The notes beneath the pieces were generated by a model that saw only the letters and a program-made list of their open reading frames with translations, was not told the origin of the DNA and did not search any database. Shown one piece after another: positions 13,668 through 29,065 of a stretch of 64,000 nt of DNA (its first letter is position 1; every line of letters begins with the position of its first letter). The translations under genes were made by a program, and so were the position numbers. The stretch comes from Eledone cirrhosa (taxonomy: Eukaryota). The stretch covers positions 9,734,001 through 9,798,000 of the forward strand of contig OZ024755.1 of assembly GCA_964016885.1 (NCBI GenBank), in the 5' to 3' direction.

Positions 13668-16268
13668 CTAACAATAAAATAAAATATGAGATTTTGGCTT
13701 TGAAAATATCCATTTTACTTGATAGGGTTGGACTGGTCACCATAGACCAAAACAGTACTTAAACAGAACTACTGATCTCTCAGATAGGTGAGGGGTTGCA
13801 TCTGCCGTTACATATGTTCTCAGCACTGGGGAAGTTGTCATGACTGACACAATTGAAGAGTCCTCTCTACCCTTTATTTGAAAAGTTTTCTACAGCTGGA
13901 AGCCATTCACATCATCCCTTACTTTACAGTGTACTGGGTGTGTTTCATTGTGTAAATACTTTTGTAGTAGCAAACCAGAAAAGTATATTTGTTGCTCTTT
14001 TTTTTTATAGACCAACACAAGATAAAATTCAATGATGTAGCTAATTTGTAACAGTAAAATCCAACTATAAATTGAAATGTGGTTGTGCCAACATAACTGA
14101 CTATGAAAATAGCTAATCACTTAAAAAGTCAGGTAAAGTACCTTTGAAGATGGAAAAAAGTAAACAGAGGCACCTGATTGTTATTATTATTATTATTATA
14201 GTCATTTATGTTGGGACAACTACATTTCAATTTTCAAATGTTTCTAATGTTTCTTAAGTCAACTGAATATTGATAAATTGTGTTTAGCAAGACACTTTAT
14301 TTAACATTGCTCCAGTTTACTCAGCTGTAGAAATGAGATGATAGGGACTGGGTTCCCTATCATTCCACTGCAAAGTGGACGTGTAGGCACCACGGCAAAA
14401 AAGCACCCAGCACTCACTGTAAATGAGGTTGGTGTTAGGAAGGGCATCCAGCTGTAGAAATCAAGCCAGAATCAGTTCCCGTCCCACCCTTGCAAGCAGG
14501 GAAAAGCGTACGTAAAATGATAATGATAATGGCAAAACACAGTGCAGCAAAGCATGTCAATGTGAAAATAATTATAGATCTAGACACTTCACTTTCATGC
14601 AAGACTACACAAATGGGTTTTCTATTTCCTATGAGATCTACAGAAACACATTAAATCAATTCTCAAATATATATATATTGTGTGTGTGTGTGTGTGTGTG
14701 TGCTTTTTTAATAGTTATTTATTGATATAATTATAATCTCTCCTTTCATAATGTTTATAAGGTGGAGTCATTATGTTGGTGATGTCGCTACAAAACTAAG
14801 CAATCAGTTTTTTACTGTCACTAATTAAGTATCACAAACAAGCAAAGAATGAACTTAACGTTAAAGTTTGAGTCAACACTTTTCTGACCTTATTTCTAAT
14901 GTAAGACATAACCTATAATGTTCAAATGATTCTGAAAACAATCAAGAATTTCAAGGGATTTAGTAATATAATTAATTTTCTCATTACTTAGCATAACTTG
15001 GAGCATAACTTAAAGGGAGTTCTTACATAAGATTACAATCGAAGATTTTGAAATAAACATAAATATTTTCATTCTTGATACCCAACCCAACCAAAACTAG
15101 CTCTGGTTCTATGAAACAAAACTATCCATTTTAAAAGATTTCTATTTAAATTGAAAACTTCCAATGTTATTTTATATAAGAATCGTATACTTAAATAATT
15201 ATTTCATTACTAAGATAATAACTAAGTAAATCCTTCAAACTTTTTCATTAATTAATTGAAATAAGGTTTCTTTCATTCGAATTATGGTAAAAAAAAAAAA
15301 AAAAAAAAGAGTTGGAATAAATAGCTTAGAACCACAAGGTAGTTTCAGGTGCTTTGGAAAAACATGACACTGGTAGTGATGAGAGTGAAAAGTGAGACAT
15401 ATAGAGATACATTTACAAATAGAAGTGTATATGAAATTATATACAATATTTTTATGTCTATTAATGTCGATCCAGGAGACAGTAGAGGCCCAGGAAGACC
15501 AAAAAGGACTTGGATGGAGGAAGTCTGTTGGGATCAAGCTAGGCTTGGCCTGGCCCAAGTGAGACCAGTGGACAGAAACACATGGAGCAGGGCGCTAGGA
15601 AGTGCTGTCAGGCAGGATCCACCTCTACTTAGGGATTAATTGTGTCCTGCATAATCAAAAACTGGATGATGATGATGATTAAACATACATGAGTCTTGCT
15701 GTAGGTATTTTAAGCTGTGATCATTTCATAGCTACTTTATGTCATAATCAATACATTGAACATAACATGATGCCAGCTTAAAATAATCAAAGGGAAGGGA
15801 GACATAGGTATGTTTATTATACATAAACTATATTGTATATGCTTCCATAAACAGCTCTGAATAACAGTGTTAGTGCTACAGTTGACATTTACCATTGCTG
15901 GGATTTCTTTGGTGCAGGGTAAAGAGGAAATTAATCTTACACATGAGACAGGTTATCAAACACTCCAAGAAAGTGTTAAATTAAATGACATTTCAAAATG
16001 AAACGTGATCCTTTTTCTAACTAACCACAATTCTAATTTGAGAAACTAAAAAGATAAAGAAGCCGATCATTTTCTGAAAAGTCAAGGTTTCTGATAAAGT
16101 TTAACTTTTAACTGATAAAATTTAATGCTTAAAAGTATTTAGCAGAAAATATCTAAAAACAGGTTTGCTAATTCAAACATTTATAGTATATTTATTATGA
16201 ATGAGAAAATTTGCAGTATTACGGTAAAGACTAATTTTTAACTCAATATTTTGTAATATTGAGTGTTA

Positions 16269-16308
<40 letters not shown>

Positions 16309-16569
16309 GTGATCGTCATTGTTTAACATCCATTTTATTCCACGCTTACATTGGTTAGGCAGGTTGTTCGTATTATGAAACAAGTCTGGTCAGTTGCCCT
16401 CACTGTACCTTGCTCTCTCTCTCTCACACACACACACACTTATATCTGTATACATACAGGGTGTGAAACCGAGACTGCACAAATGGGTATATAAATATAC
16501 ATATATTTAATATGTTGACATGTAAAGATACCAAAAAATATGAATTATGCTGTAAATTGAAAAACATAA

Positions 16570-16618
16570 ACACCTTTAAGTGATTTCTGGAACTAGTTTG
16601 GCCCTCATCAGAAGGTGT
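16570..16618 (-). ncRNA. Degenerate minimal hammerhead motif
   Basis: ACACCTT-CTGATGA-gggccaaactagttcca-GAAA-tcact-TA-AAGGTGT; 7-bp stem I, weak stems II and III. Confidence 0.5.
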
Positions 16619-17195
16619 GTAGTATAGTATCATTTTATGTCCACTTTTCCCTGCTTGCAAGGGTGGGATGGGAACTGATTCTGGCTTGATTTCTACAGCT
16701 GGATGCCCTTCCTAACACCAACCTCATTTACAGTGAGTGCTGGGTGCTTTTTTTCTGTGGCGCCTCCATGACCACTTTGCAGTGGAATGATAGGGACCCC
16801 AGTCCTATCATCTCATTTCTACAGCTGAGTAAACTGGAGCAATGTGAAATAAAGTGTCTTGCTCAAGGAAACAACACATCACCCGGTCTGAGAATTGAAC
16901 TCACAACCTTTCGATTCATTCAAACAGCCACAAGGAAACATGTATTTGGTGAGTGTTTATATACCCATTCACTCTTAGTATTATCCTGAAATGGATGTAC
17001 TAAGGTGTTTATCATTTTTTCAAATCACAACAAAATTCATATTTTTTGGCATGTTTACATGCCTACATATGAAATATCTGTGTATTTATATACTCATTGG
17101 TGCAATCTTTCAGGTACACTCTATATGTATACAGACATAGCTTTATGGCACACTTTGGTTGCTAACTCACTTCTTAATATGTGTGCGTGTGTATA

Positions 17196-17246
<51 letters not shown>

Positions 17247-17859
17247 GAAGACTGGTAAGGAAGACTAGTAAACAAAAGAATGTTCTGACAAAAGAAAAGG
17301 TTACAAATCAGCTGAGAAAGTAACAAAAGCTTGTATGTGAAGATTTTTATGTAAAGGTTCTACTTGTTACAGCAAGTTGAGACATTATTATAGATGTTAT
17401 ATACAATAGAATAGGTTATTGGGTTTTGTTATTGTTGTTGTTGTTTTCATTCCATTGTTGTTTCATCATCATCATCGTCATCACTTTATACCTGCTTTTT
17501 ACATTGGTATGGGTTGGACAGTTTGGAGTAACCTCATTGTACACATACATTTCATAATTTGGCATGGTTTCTATGGTTGGATGCCCTTCCTAATGCCAAC
17601 CTCTTTTCAGAATGTACTGGGTATGTTTTTTTTCTGGCACCAGTACTATCACTTTTCAGAGTGAACTGGTTGCATATTTTGTGGCACCAACACTAAAACT
17701 TTACAGGGTGTACTGGGTGCATTTTATTGTGTGGTTCCAATACTGGAGAGCCTGTTACATGGATTCAAGTTAAAACAATAATAATAATAATTTTCCATAT
17801 TTGCATAGGTTGGCATTTCTATGCCTCTTTCCTTTGAGTATCAGTGATGCTAATAATAA

Positions 17860-18629
<770 letters not shown>

Positions 18630-19168
18630 TTAATTAAATAGATATAAAGTGATGAATAAATATATTAAATATATTGAATACCATTATCCTTTGAGTGTAA
18701 TACAGCCTCTATTTCTGAAGCTAAAAGAAAATAGGAATAAAATATATCCTTATGCATTATATCATACAAGCCTGGAGTAGAGCCATGTCTATATAAAACT
18801 ACCCATTATACCAACTAATATACTGAAGAAACAACTAATGCCCTATGCAACTGAAGTACACTTTCATTGCCCACAAGGCTAGGTATATAAGCAAAAAGAT
18901 AGAGTTGCCATGGGATCTGCTTTAGTCACTAAGTTTGCAACATTTCTACTTGTTGACAATAGCAAAGACTGGGACATCAAAACAACAAATCTACCAAGTT
19001 TCTTGCTGTATTATACAACAACGTTCTGAAACTAAAAAAAATGGGAATGAATTACATCCTTGAGTAAAGCTATAGCTATGTAAATTGTTTGTAATCATGT
19101 ACCATGTTATCCATCAAAATCTTGATCTTACACATATATTTCACTACAATATACAGTTTCTCATGACA

Positions 19169-19385
19169 TTAACCCTTTAACATTTAAACCGGCTGTATCT
19201 GGCCAGAATTCTCTCACCTCTTTCTGTTCAAACCGGACATAAGTGGCCACTCATACTGATGTTAAAAGTATTATTCTCAAAATAAATAACATCAAAATCT
19301 CATAGATTCAATATTATGTGAGATAAAACCTTTACCACAAAAATATAATAGTAAATATAGAGTAATATAAATGCTAAAGGTTTAA
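19169..19385. mobile_element. piggyBac-like MITE, ~215 bp
   Basis: TTAA-CCCTTTA(A/G)CATTTA...TAAATGCTAAAGG(G/T)-TTAA; copies at 10011-10229, 21854-22071, 33920-34134, 42552-42762 and a partial near 59060-59260. Confidence 0.8.
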
Positions 19386-19569
19386 AAAATGTAAAAACAG
19401 GATGTTTAGCATGTTGTGTAGAAGTTCTCACTAAGTGTATTTGCAATCTTGCTATTTAAAATAAGTAGTGTTAAGCGCAGTAAACATTTCTGAAAATGTG
19501 TCCTTGTGTATAATGTGAAACAATTAAATAACATTTTAAAAAATCCCCCAAAAAGCAAAACAAAAAATT

Positions 19570-20045
19570 AAAAACTGGTGGTTCTGCAGACAGTTTTGTT
19601 AGTAAAATGTTTTGTTAGTAAAATGTTTTGCAAAGAATCACAAACTGAAGATCTTTCCTATTTGTGGTGCAGTAGGTTTAGCTACAATCTCAGAACCATC
19701 TCAAATTTATGGATATTGTAAAGTTAATGTTTTACTTGGCAAAACTTCATATCCAAATACTTGTGTCTCTTTGTAACTATGTTGTGTTATGTGAAGACTT
19801 CATGAAATAGCAAGCTAGTATTACATTTTAATTTTGAGGTAAAGAACCTTGATTCTAAGTGATCTGACACACATGCCGCTACTGTTCCAGCAGCTTCTTT
19901 ATTTACAAACTGTTCACCTGATTGTCATCCAATAGCAACAAAATCTCATAAATTTTCTCTTGTTGACAATTTCATAAAGAAAGAAATTGATAAAATATTG
20001 GCAGAAGGAATAATTGAATGTGGTAATTGTCCATGGAGAAAATGA
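19570..20045 (+). mobile_element. Ty3/Gypsy pol remnant (protease to start of RT)
   Basis: Manual translation SLFTNCSPDCHPIATKSHKFSLVDNFIKKEIDKILAEGIIECGNCPWR resembles a Gypsy RT N-terminus; upstream TGGSADSFVS resembles a decayed aspartyl protease. Confidence 0.75.
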
Positions 20046-22781
20046 GTATTAATCACACACACACATGCACATACATACACATGTATGTACACATACACGT
20101 GCACACACATTTGTACACAGAATTAATTGTGCACACACACATACATGCACACACACAAATGCATGTACAAACACAAACATTTTAAGGCCATTTACCTCAC
20201 TAAAGTAGAGGTTACTCTTGCTGGCTCCATTGTTACAGCACACACCTATGTAGGTTTACCTGGCTTTCCTACAAGGTTAATAATAGTGGACCCAGTCTTA
20301 TTATGAAAAGCAATGTGAAATGAAGTATCTTGTTCAAGAACACAACACACCACCTGATTCAGGAATCGACTCCTCCATATTATGATTACAAGTTCAACAC
20401 TAACCACTAGACCATGCATCTTCATGAATTACTGACAAAATGATTGAAGCAAATAATTGTTCTGGAACTATATTTCATTTGGATGAAGTAACTATTAGTA
20501 GAAATTCTCAGGAGGAATAAGATAAAATTGTAAATTTATATGTTAACAGTATAATCTGACATTTCATAATGAGAAACGTCGATTTTTCTATCAACTGTAT
20601 TGATCTGCTCAGTTACAGAATTAGTAAAGGAATACAAATTGAAGGTGTGTGGCTAAGTGGTTAGGGTGTTGGACTCATAATCATAAGTATGGGTTTGATA
20701 CCAGGACGAGGTAGGTTGTTGTGTTCTTGGTCAAGACACCTTATTTCACACTAATTTTCATATAGGACTGAGGCCTCTGAAAAACCTTCTGTGGGATGCA
20801 GCATTATATGAGGCCACCTCCTAAACTTGAATAGATGTGAGATGTAACAGTAACATAGGACTGGGGCCCCTATCATTAAAACGCTTGAGAAATCTATGAA
20901 ATCCAACCTCATAGCATGCCAGCTAAACCTACATAAGTATGAGCTATAACTATCACTTCATTTCATTAATGGAATGAAAAGATACTGTGTTAGAACACTT
21001 ACAGATTTAACACCCCCAAAGGAGTGATTCTAAGGTCTTGTCACAAATAATCAGGATATTTGCATATGATACAAAATAGATTCCACATTAATCTGATCTA
21101 ATTTAAACACCGACTCTTAACATCCTGTAGTGATTCAACAGAAAATATCTAAAAATGTTTTCAGTATCTTTACCGATGGTCAGATCAATGTGAAAATTTG
21201 CAGTATTAAATACAGACATTTTTTCTAAAAATACTGTTACATATGCAAAGTTGTTAATTAAATTAACATCCTGTAATGATTCAACAGAAAATATCAAATG
21301 TTTAAAGTGTTTTTATAGTGGACAGATGGTTGTGAAAATTTTCAGCACTAATTTTGAATGAGATGATATCTTGTTAATGTGCTGTACAGGATATCAAGAG
21401 TTAACACAGAAGCACTCAATGCTTTACAAAAATTAAGAAGACAAACTAAATTAACAGGATATTTTACCGAATACATTTATCGAAGAAGATGGTTTTTCTG
21501 GAGTCATTTTTGCAACACTGAATCAAAACAATCACCTTCTTGCTTTTCACTCTTGAAAATTATCAGCTAATGAAAGGTGAATAACAATCATATTATTATA
21601 TGATTGAACCTATACATTGGTGTAGCCAGCCTTTACAAGGCAGACATTTTAGTTACTGATCAGCATTTTGTTGCATTTATGTTTAATAATAAATGCCTCA
21701 GTAAAAATAATGGCAAACATTTCTTAAGATGCTGTGTTGACTTGTCACAATACGTTATGACATCATATACCTCCATAGTAAAGAGGTTGCTTCAGATATA
21801 TTTACTTGTGCATTTTGTTTGGCTATGACAAATCTAGTCATCTACATGAGTCTTTAATCCTTTAGCATTCACATTACTCTATATATACTATTATATTTTC
21901 ATGGTAAAGGCTTTACCTCGCATAATTATCTCACATAATATCGACTCTGTGAGATTTTGAAAGTATATATTTTGAGAACAATACCTTAACATCAGTTTGA
22001 GTGACCAGTTACAGCCAGTTTCAACAGAAAAAGGTAGAGAATTCTGGCCGGTTTCAACATTAAAGGGTTAAGCCATCGTGGAGTGAGTTACATGACACAG
22101 TATTATTTGCTTCATTTGATGAAATAAAAAAATATATCATTGCTTCATGTATTCTCTGCTCAGAGCTGAAGCTTACATAGACCTTTATATCTAAGTCACA
22201 CATATTTCAACCAGCATGATGTAACATATACTATTGAATGGCAAAATAGGAACCTGCCTCATTCACATATTTTAATGTCTTTTGAGCAAAATTTACTCTA
22301 GATTGATATATCAGCAAAAATTATAAACTCCATAAAAGACAAAGAATTTTATGAAATTGCTAAATCAGAAAACAGAGGGTGGATGAACAGAGAACAAGGT
22401 ATAGATGAACTAAGAGAAAAGCTGGGTATAAGCAGAATCAGAAGTAGTGTGCACGAGAGAAGACTGCAATGGTATAGACATGTGATGCACATGGATGATG
22501 ATCAGTAGATGAAAAAGTGCCAAGAAATCCCAGTGAAAGGAAGCTACAGTAGAGGAAGACCTGGGAGGAGGTGGTGAGAGATGACCTCAAATCACAAACG
22601 CACAAAGGAGATGACGAATGAATGCAACAAGTGGAGATATATTGTGCTGAAAAAGACATACCCAAGCCATGCAAGTATGGAACATCTAACATAAAATAAC
22701 GACGATGATGATGAAGGGAATCTATGATTCAAGTTGAACATTTTTTGCTAATATCTCCATATTTGGCTTGTATAACACTCA

Positions 22782-23716
22782 CTAGAAGTGGTACCCGGCG
22801 TTGCACGGGATAATGTATTTTGGAACATGGGCCGCTAACAGACCTAATCGTGGAAAAACTGCATGCCTGGACAATATGTAAAGAAAATAAACCGAATACT
22901 CTGATGGCTGAATAATCTAAGATTTTCCTCGATGAAGCAGGAAAAAAGCAGGTTTTCACCTAATGCGGGCCCTAGGGGATCAAGAAATTGAATTTTTTTT
23001 ATGTGCATAATATGCCTTGAAATTTTGGGAAAATTGGCTAGACGTAACGCCTCAAAAAAGCCCTAAAAAGCTGAAAAAAATGAAGTTTTTCACCTAATGC
23101 GGGCCCTAGGCCATAAAAAAGTTGGATTTTCTTTGCTCACAGTATGAAGAAGAGACTGACTAATTTATAGTTACAATTTCAAGGAAATCAGTCTGACGTA
23201 ACGCCTAAAAAAAACCTAAAACCCTGAAAAAACGCAGTTTTTCACCTAATCCGGGCCCTAGGGGATGAAAAAGTGAATTTTTTTATGTGCATAACACACA
23301 CATACACACAGACATCCTCAGGGAAGTGACGTAATGCAGACAGTCAGACATACAGACAGATATTATAAGGGCGTGACGTTATATGTATTCTAGGGCGGGT
23401 AAAATTCCCGAGGTCCATGGACGAGTTCTCTCCAACGGTCTCTGTCCCTCATTATCGCTGCCATGTCCTGCGCAACGTTATATGTATGTTTCTATCTAAA
23501 AAGAGAAAGACTAAGAATTATAGAGAGAGATCGCTAAATCGCCTAATGCAATCCCTAGGGCATTGAAAATTTGAAATTTTTTTTGCTCAGAACACTCCCT
23601 GAAACATAAGTATTACACGTGTAAAGTTTGAAAACAGTCAGTTGGGTGGTTCTCGAGTTTTAGGGATTCAAACTCACACACACACAGTCGGACATCCTCA
23701 GTTTTATATATTTAGA
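22782..23716 (-). mobile_element. Non-autonomous Helitron
   Basis: Minus strand starts A|TC(TAAATATATAAAA), ends with hairpin CCCG-tgcaacgc-CGGG then CTAG|T; internal repeats (TTTTCACCTAATGCGGGCCCTAGG-like, three copies). Confidence 0.85.
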
Positions 23717-26295
23717 TATATGTTAATGTCTTCCTGCAGTTTAATCTAGGACTGAGATGACCTGCCCAACAAATACCAGCATAGAAAACTGACATAAAAT
23801 GATGAAGATGATAACATATTGATAATAAATATATTATGATGTGTTTCTCTTAGTGAGGGTGGATCTGGTCTTTAAAACCAACTGGTGAAAGCAATAGACA
23901 TGTTTCAGTATTATCAGGCCTCTTCGGTGAAGCATATTCTACACATCTGTGTATTGCAAAGGAAAAGGAAAAAAGCCAATTGGACCAAGGAAACAATGTT
24001 TCCAGTGTTTATCCTCATTGTTGGTATTATCTGCCAGTCACAGCTGCAAGAAGATGCAACATGATTATTATCGTATCGGACCAAGAAAACAATGTTTCCA
24101 TTAGTTTTTTCATTGCTGATAAATGAAGCAACACAATTGTTAAATCGGACCAAGGAAACAGCGTTTCCATTAGTCTTTTCATTGTTGATACTACATATCT
24201 GCCCGTCACAACCCCTGGTAGAAGGAGCAACAGGAAATAAAATATTTTGCTCAAGAAAGCAATGCACTGGTTGGTCCAGAAATTGAACCTGCAACCTTAT
24301 AATCATGAGTTTAACACCCTCACCACATGGCTATGTTATGTGCCTTCACAAAAGATTCCATCTTTTATATATATATATTTTTTAAATAAATAAAAAATCC
24401 ATTGATTGTTCATATAGAGCAGTCAGTTGCCATATTGAAAATATTCTAATGAATTTGAAATTATCAATATTTTACTATCCAGGCACTCTGAAAATGGTTG
24501 GCACCATTTTCTTTCGATCAAAAAATACTAGAATATAAAAAAAATAAAAAAAATGAATGTATTAATATGTTCTATAAATGGAAAACACCAGAAAGAACAA
24601 TTGAGGTGGTTAAGAAAGTGCAAGGGAAATTATTTTTATATAAAAATAAAAAACAAAACAGTGCTAATTTTGATTACAAAATAGGTGGGGTGGGTGGGGA
24701 GAGATTGAGGGGAGACAGGGCCAAGAGGTCAGAGTGGAGAGAGAGAGAAAGGCAAGTAGAGAGGAGAGGTGAGGGAGAGACAAACCAGAGGTGGGGAGAG
24801 GTGTGAGAGAGAGACAAGAGGTGGGGAAAGTTGATGGAGACAGAGACCAGAGTGTTGAGAGAGACCAGTTGTGAAGAGAGAGAAAGGTCAGAGATGGGAG
24901 AGACCAGCAGTGTTGGAGAGATCAGGGTAGAGAGAGAGAGAAGTCAGAAGTGAGAGAAGTCAGACTGAGTCTTTTGTGCTGGTCCTTTGAAATATGGGTG
25001 CAACTCATTTTTTCCAGCTGAGTGAAACAAAAGCAACATGAAATAAAGTGTTTTGCTCAAGGACAAAATGTGCCTCCAGGAATGAAACTCATGGTCTCAA
25101 TTAAACTACATGTGTTATTGTCATGGAGTTTAACCTCCCCAGGAGATATAGCTGTACTCACTACGCTTGGCCAATTGCAGGTTATACACACTCACAGAGA
25201 TAAACATATGCACACGCATATTTATATATACTCATACAGATATATACACTCATGATCTCTGCCTCCTATAATTAAGACAATTTGTTTGCTTGAATAAACT
25301 TAACCAACATTACGAGAACTGATCCACCATTAAACCGTATTTTCTGTGCATCTGTGTGTATCTGTGTGTGGTGTGTGTGTGTATCTGTGTGTGGTGTGTG
25401 TGTGTATCTACACGTGTGGTAGTCGTACTGTCCTATTTTCAAGTAATAGACTAATATTGATCATTAATTAGGTTTTCTAAAGGACAATTAAGCAACAAAG
25501 TATTTCTAGGAGTAGAATTCCAGTCTCTGTAATCTGGGTTCATTATCATCATCATTTAATGTCAGTGTCTCCTTTTAGCAAGGGTTGAATGTCCCCTGTT
25601 GGCCAAGGTTGAAGGAAATTGCCCTCAATTAGAAAATTCCATTAATGTCAGTGTCCCCTGCGAGCAAGGGTTCAAGGAATGTCCCCTAAAAACTGGCACC
25701 TAATCTCTTACTTCTGGCCATCCCTACATTGCTGTGGAAACAGACATGTTTTAATCCTAAATATTAACTCTTTACTTTCCAAATTTATTAAAATCACTGT
25801 CTATAATTTACAAATAAGGAGGGATTTAGTAAATATAACTTGTTCATTATTAAGCTGATGTTTGGAACATAACTTTAAGGTTCTTACATAAAGTTATGAT
25901 GGAAGTATTTTTTAGATAAATATAAACATTTAAAAATAGTTTTTGTATTGTAGAACTAGGGATGATTTCAGTATCAAAAGGATTAAGCCTGCCAGATACC
26001 AACTTGCCTTTTGGCATACTTTTTAAACAAAGCTGCATATGTCTGCATTAGTTAGCAGAAAGTGTTCTGACATATGATACTGTGCCGTTTTGATCCATCA
26101 TTAGATCTTCTCTGATAAACTTTGTTACACTATCTTTTGTTTATTCTTATGGTTTCATGGCTGACTAATCTGGCCAGACATGGAAAGTCACACATACACA
26201 TACATGTGTGTATGTGTGCATTTGTGGTACGAGGACCAGAATGACAACAAATCAGAGTATTACTTGATGCATGGAGGTGTGTGCGTATGTGTGTG

Positions 26296-26297
<2 letters not shown>

Positions 26298-26334
<37 letters not shown>

Positions 26335-26367
26335 GTGTGTGTATATATATGTATATGTGTGTGTATA

Positions 26368-26406
<39 letters not shown>

Positions 26407-26439
26407 ATATATATATATATGTGTGTGTATATATATATA

Positions 26440-26524
<85 letters not shown>

Positions 26525-26531
26525 GTGTGTG

Positions 26532-26574
<43 letters not shown>

Positions 26575-26585
26575 ATATATATATG

Positions 26586-26618
<33 letters not shown>

Positions 26619-26655
26619 ATATATATATGTATATATATATGTGTGTGTGCATATA
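26298..26655. repeat. Compound (TA)n/(TG)n microsatellite
   Basis: Visible directly; similar tracts at 10790-11065, 27296-27652, 44550-44720, 45280-45410, 47478-47846 and 58730-58838. Confidence 0.95.
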
Positions 26656-26656
26656 T

Positions 26657-27291
26657 CATCATCATCATCAACGTTTAACGTCCGTGTTCCATGCTTGCAT
26701 GGGTTTGGACGGGGGTAGTCCCACTTGAGGCAAGAGTGATTGTCTTGCTCGCATAGGACTGTCTGGCAGGTTTTCTACAGTTGGATGCCCTTCCTAACAC
26801 CAACCACATTTACAGTGTGGGTCTGGGAGGTTTTTACCGTGTTGCCTACACGGCCACATTACAGCGTGGACTGTGTTTTTTTGTCGTGACACCTACACGA
26901 TCTCATTTGTTTCGGCCTGGATGGCGCGGCACCAACATAACTTTACATAGAACGGGGTGGTGTGGATGGGGTGGGGGTGGTGGCGGGACGGGGTGTATTT
27001 TGTTAGAGATGCCTACTGGCAAGGCGGGTCTTCTCTGTTACTGAGTACCGCCAAAGGTCTCGGTCCAGTGACATTGTCTTGGAGAGGTGTAAGTGTGTGA
27101 GGTCGGAGTTTATCAGCTCATCCCAGGTTTTTCTAGGTCTGCCTATTCCGTGGCTACCGTCTATCTTTATTGCCCTGCACTTTGTTATACAGCTATCGAC
27201 TTTCATGCGCATCACGTGTCCATACCAACGCAGCCTTCTCTCGAGTAAACAACATCTGATCCCTCTTATCTCTAATTTTTTCCTTAGTTCG

Positions 27292-27295
<4 letters not shown>
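26657..27295 (-). mobile_element. RTE-clade LINE 3' fragment (same subfamily as 8440-9157)
   Basis: ORF 27003..27215 contains GRPRKTWDELINSDL; shared UTR and tail. Confidence 0.9.
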
Positions 27296-27330
<35 letters not shown>

Positions 27331-28424
27331 GTATGTATATATAATATATATATATATATGTGTATATATTATATGTGTGTGTATATATAATATATATATA
27401 TATATGTGTATATATAATATATATATATATATATATATGTGTATATATAATATATATATATATATGTGTGTATATATAATATATATGTGTGTGTATATAT
27501 AATATATATACATGTGTGTGTATATATAATATATATATATGTGTGTGTATATATAATATATATATGTGTGTGTATATATAATATATATATATATGTGTGC
27601 GTGTATATATAATATATATATATATATTTATTTATATATATATATATATATATTATTCAGAATATTAATAAATGAAGACATTCACATAATCAAAATATAT
27701 GTTTTATTATATATATTTCTAAGATACTGTGTTGTTTTTTCAGTACGTCCTCGTCAGATAAAATACATGAATTGATGTATGACATACCTCAACGGTCTTG
27801 ATAGTTCAATTCCAGTATTGGCAGTGATTTATTACAACAAATCTCAACATTTATATACCACAAATAATAACATGAAAAATTTAAATTTAAGGAAGAAGAG
27901 GATGTGGAGCGAGATAAGGATATAAGGAGGGGGGGGGGGGATATGAGCAGATGCAAGAAAAAAAAATACAAACATACATAAATAAATATTTAAATGAGTA
28001 AATAGATGTATTAGGGAAGAAATATATAAAAGAAAAAAAGGCAGAAAGAGAAGAAATAACGACAAAAAAGAAAGAAATGAGGGGAGTAGGTAGAAAGACT
28101 GTTGTCTTCAAATATTAAGTCGAATGGAGGCAACCAATTAAATAACATGAAATTTTTAATATCTTTTGTATTTGGTTATGTTTAAGCTAATTATACTTAT
28201 ATATTATATCAAAATTAAATAAATAAAATTATTTTCTATAGCCGTCAGATATATAGTTTAAATAAGTAATACATTCACCAAATATTTTGTTACAACTTTT
28301 AAAAACATTTTTATCTTTAAAGCATATTTAAATAATTAAGTGTATTAGGATATTTATTAAAACACATGCATATATCACCACCAGTACATATATATTTTTT
28401 ATATTAAGAGTGTGTGTGCGTGTT

Positions 28425-28474
<50 letters not shown>

Positions 28475-29065
28475 CACACACATACGCACACACCTCCATG
28501 CATCAAGTAATACTCTGATTTGTTGTCATTCTGGTCCTCGTACCACAAATACACACATACACACATGTATGTGTATGTGTGACTTTCCATGTCTGGCCAG
28601 ATTGGTCAGCCATGAAACCATAAGAATAAACAAAAGATATTTCATTTCATTTCATTTGAGTTTGAGTCCATGCTCAGGCCAAGTCGAAGACTCCACCCTG
28701 TAACAAAGTTTATCGGAGATCTGTAGATCTAATGATAGATCAAAACGGCACAGTATCATATGTCAGAACACAATTGTTTTTTTTTTGTCTTCTCTGCGCA
28801 TGCGTTTGCGTGTGTGTATAGTGTTTTGTTTGATGTGTGTTCTTGTTTGGGTGACTGTGTATTGGTTAATGAATTCTATCTTAGTTTACTAGTGTGTGTT
28901 TATATGTGTTTGTTGTTATTGTGCTTGTGTATGTATTTATTTATTTATACTTATCTTAGGTCAGTGTTGTTTGTTTGGGTGTTGTTATTCCATTTATTTT
29001 TTTCTGTTTAGCCTTGGCCTTCTAAGTTCTATATATATATATATATATATATATCATCATCATTC

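Larger units (their letters stand above)
26062..28771. repeat. ~240-bp inverted duplication (26062-26300 and 28470-28771)
   Basis: Opposite-strand ORFs 26180+ and 28590- both start [13 protein letters not shown]; nucleotide-level reverse-complement match. Confidence 0.9.

Noticed and set aside
15885-15930. ATG|GTAAAT mini-exon in intron 2 (minus strand)
   Set aside because: Phase 0 is incompatible with the phase-1 acceptor of exon 3.
26180-26728. Long YI/CV/HT-rich ORFs (also near 10.6-11.1, 44.2-44.8, 47.4-47.9 and 58.6-59.0 kb)
   Set aside because: Translations of (TA)n/(TG)n/(CA)n microsatellites, which lack stop codons.
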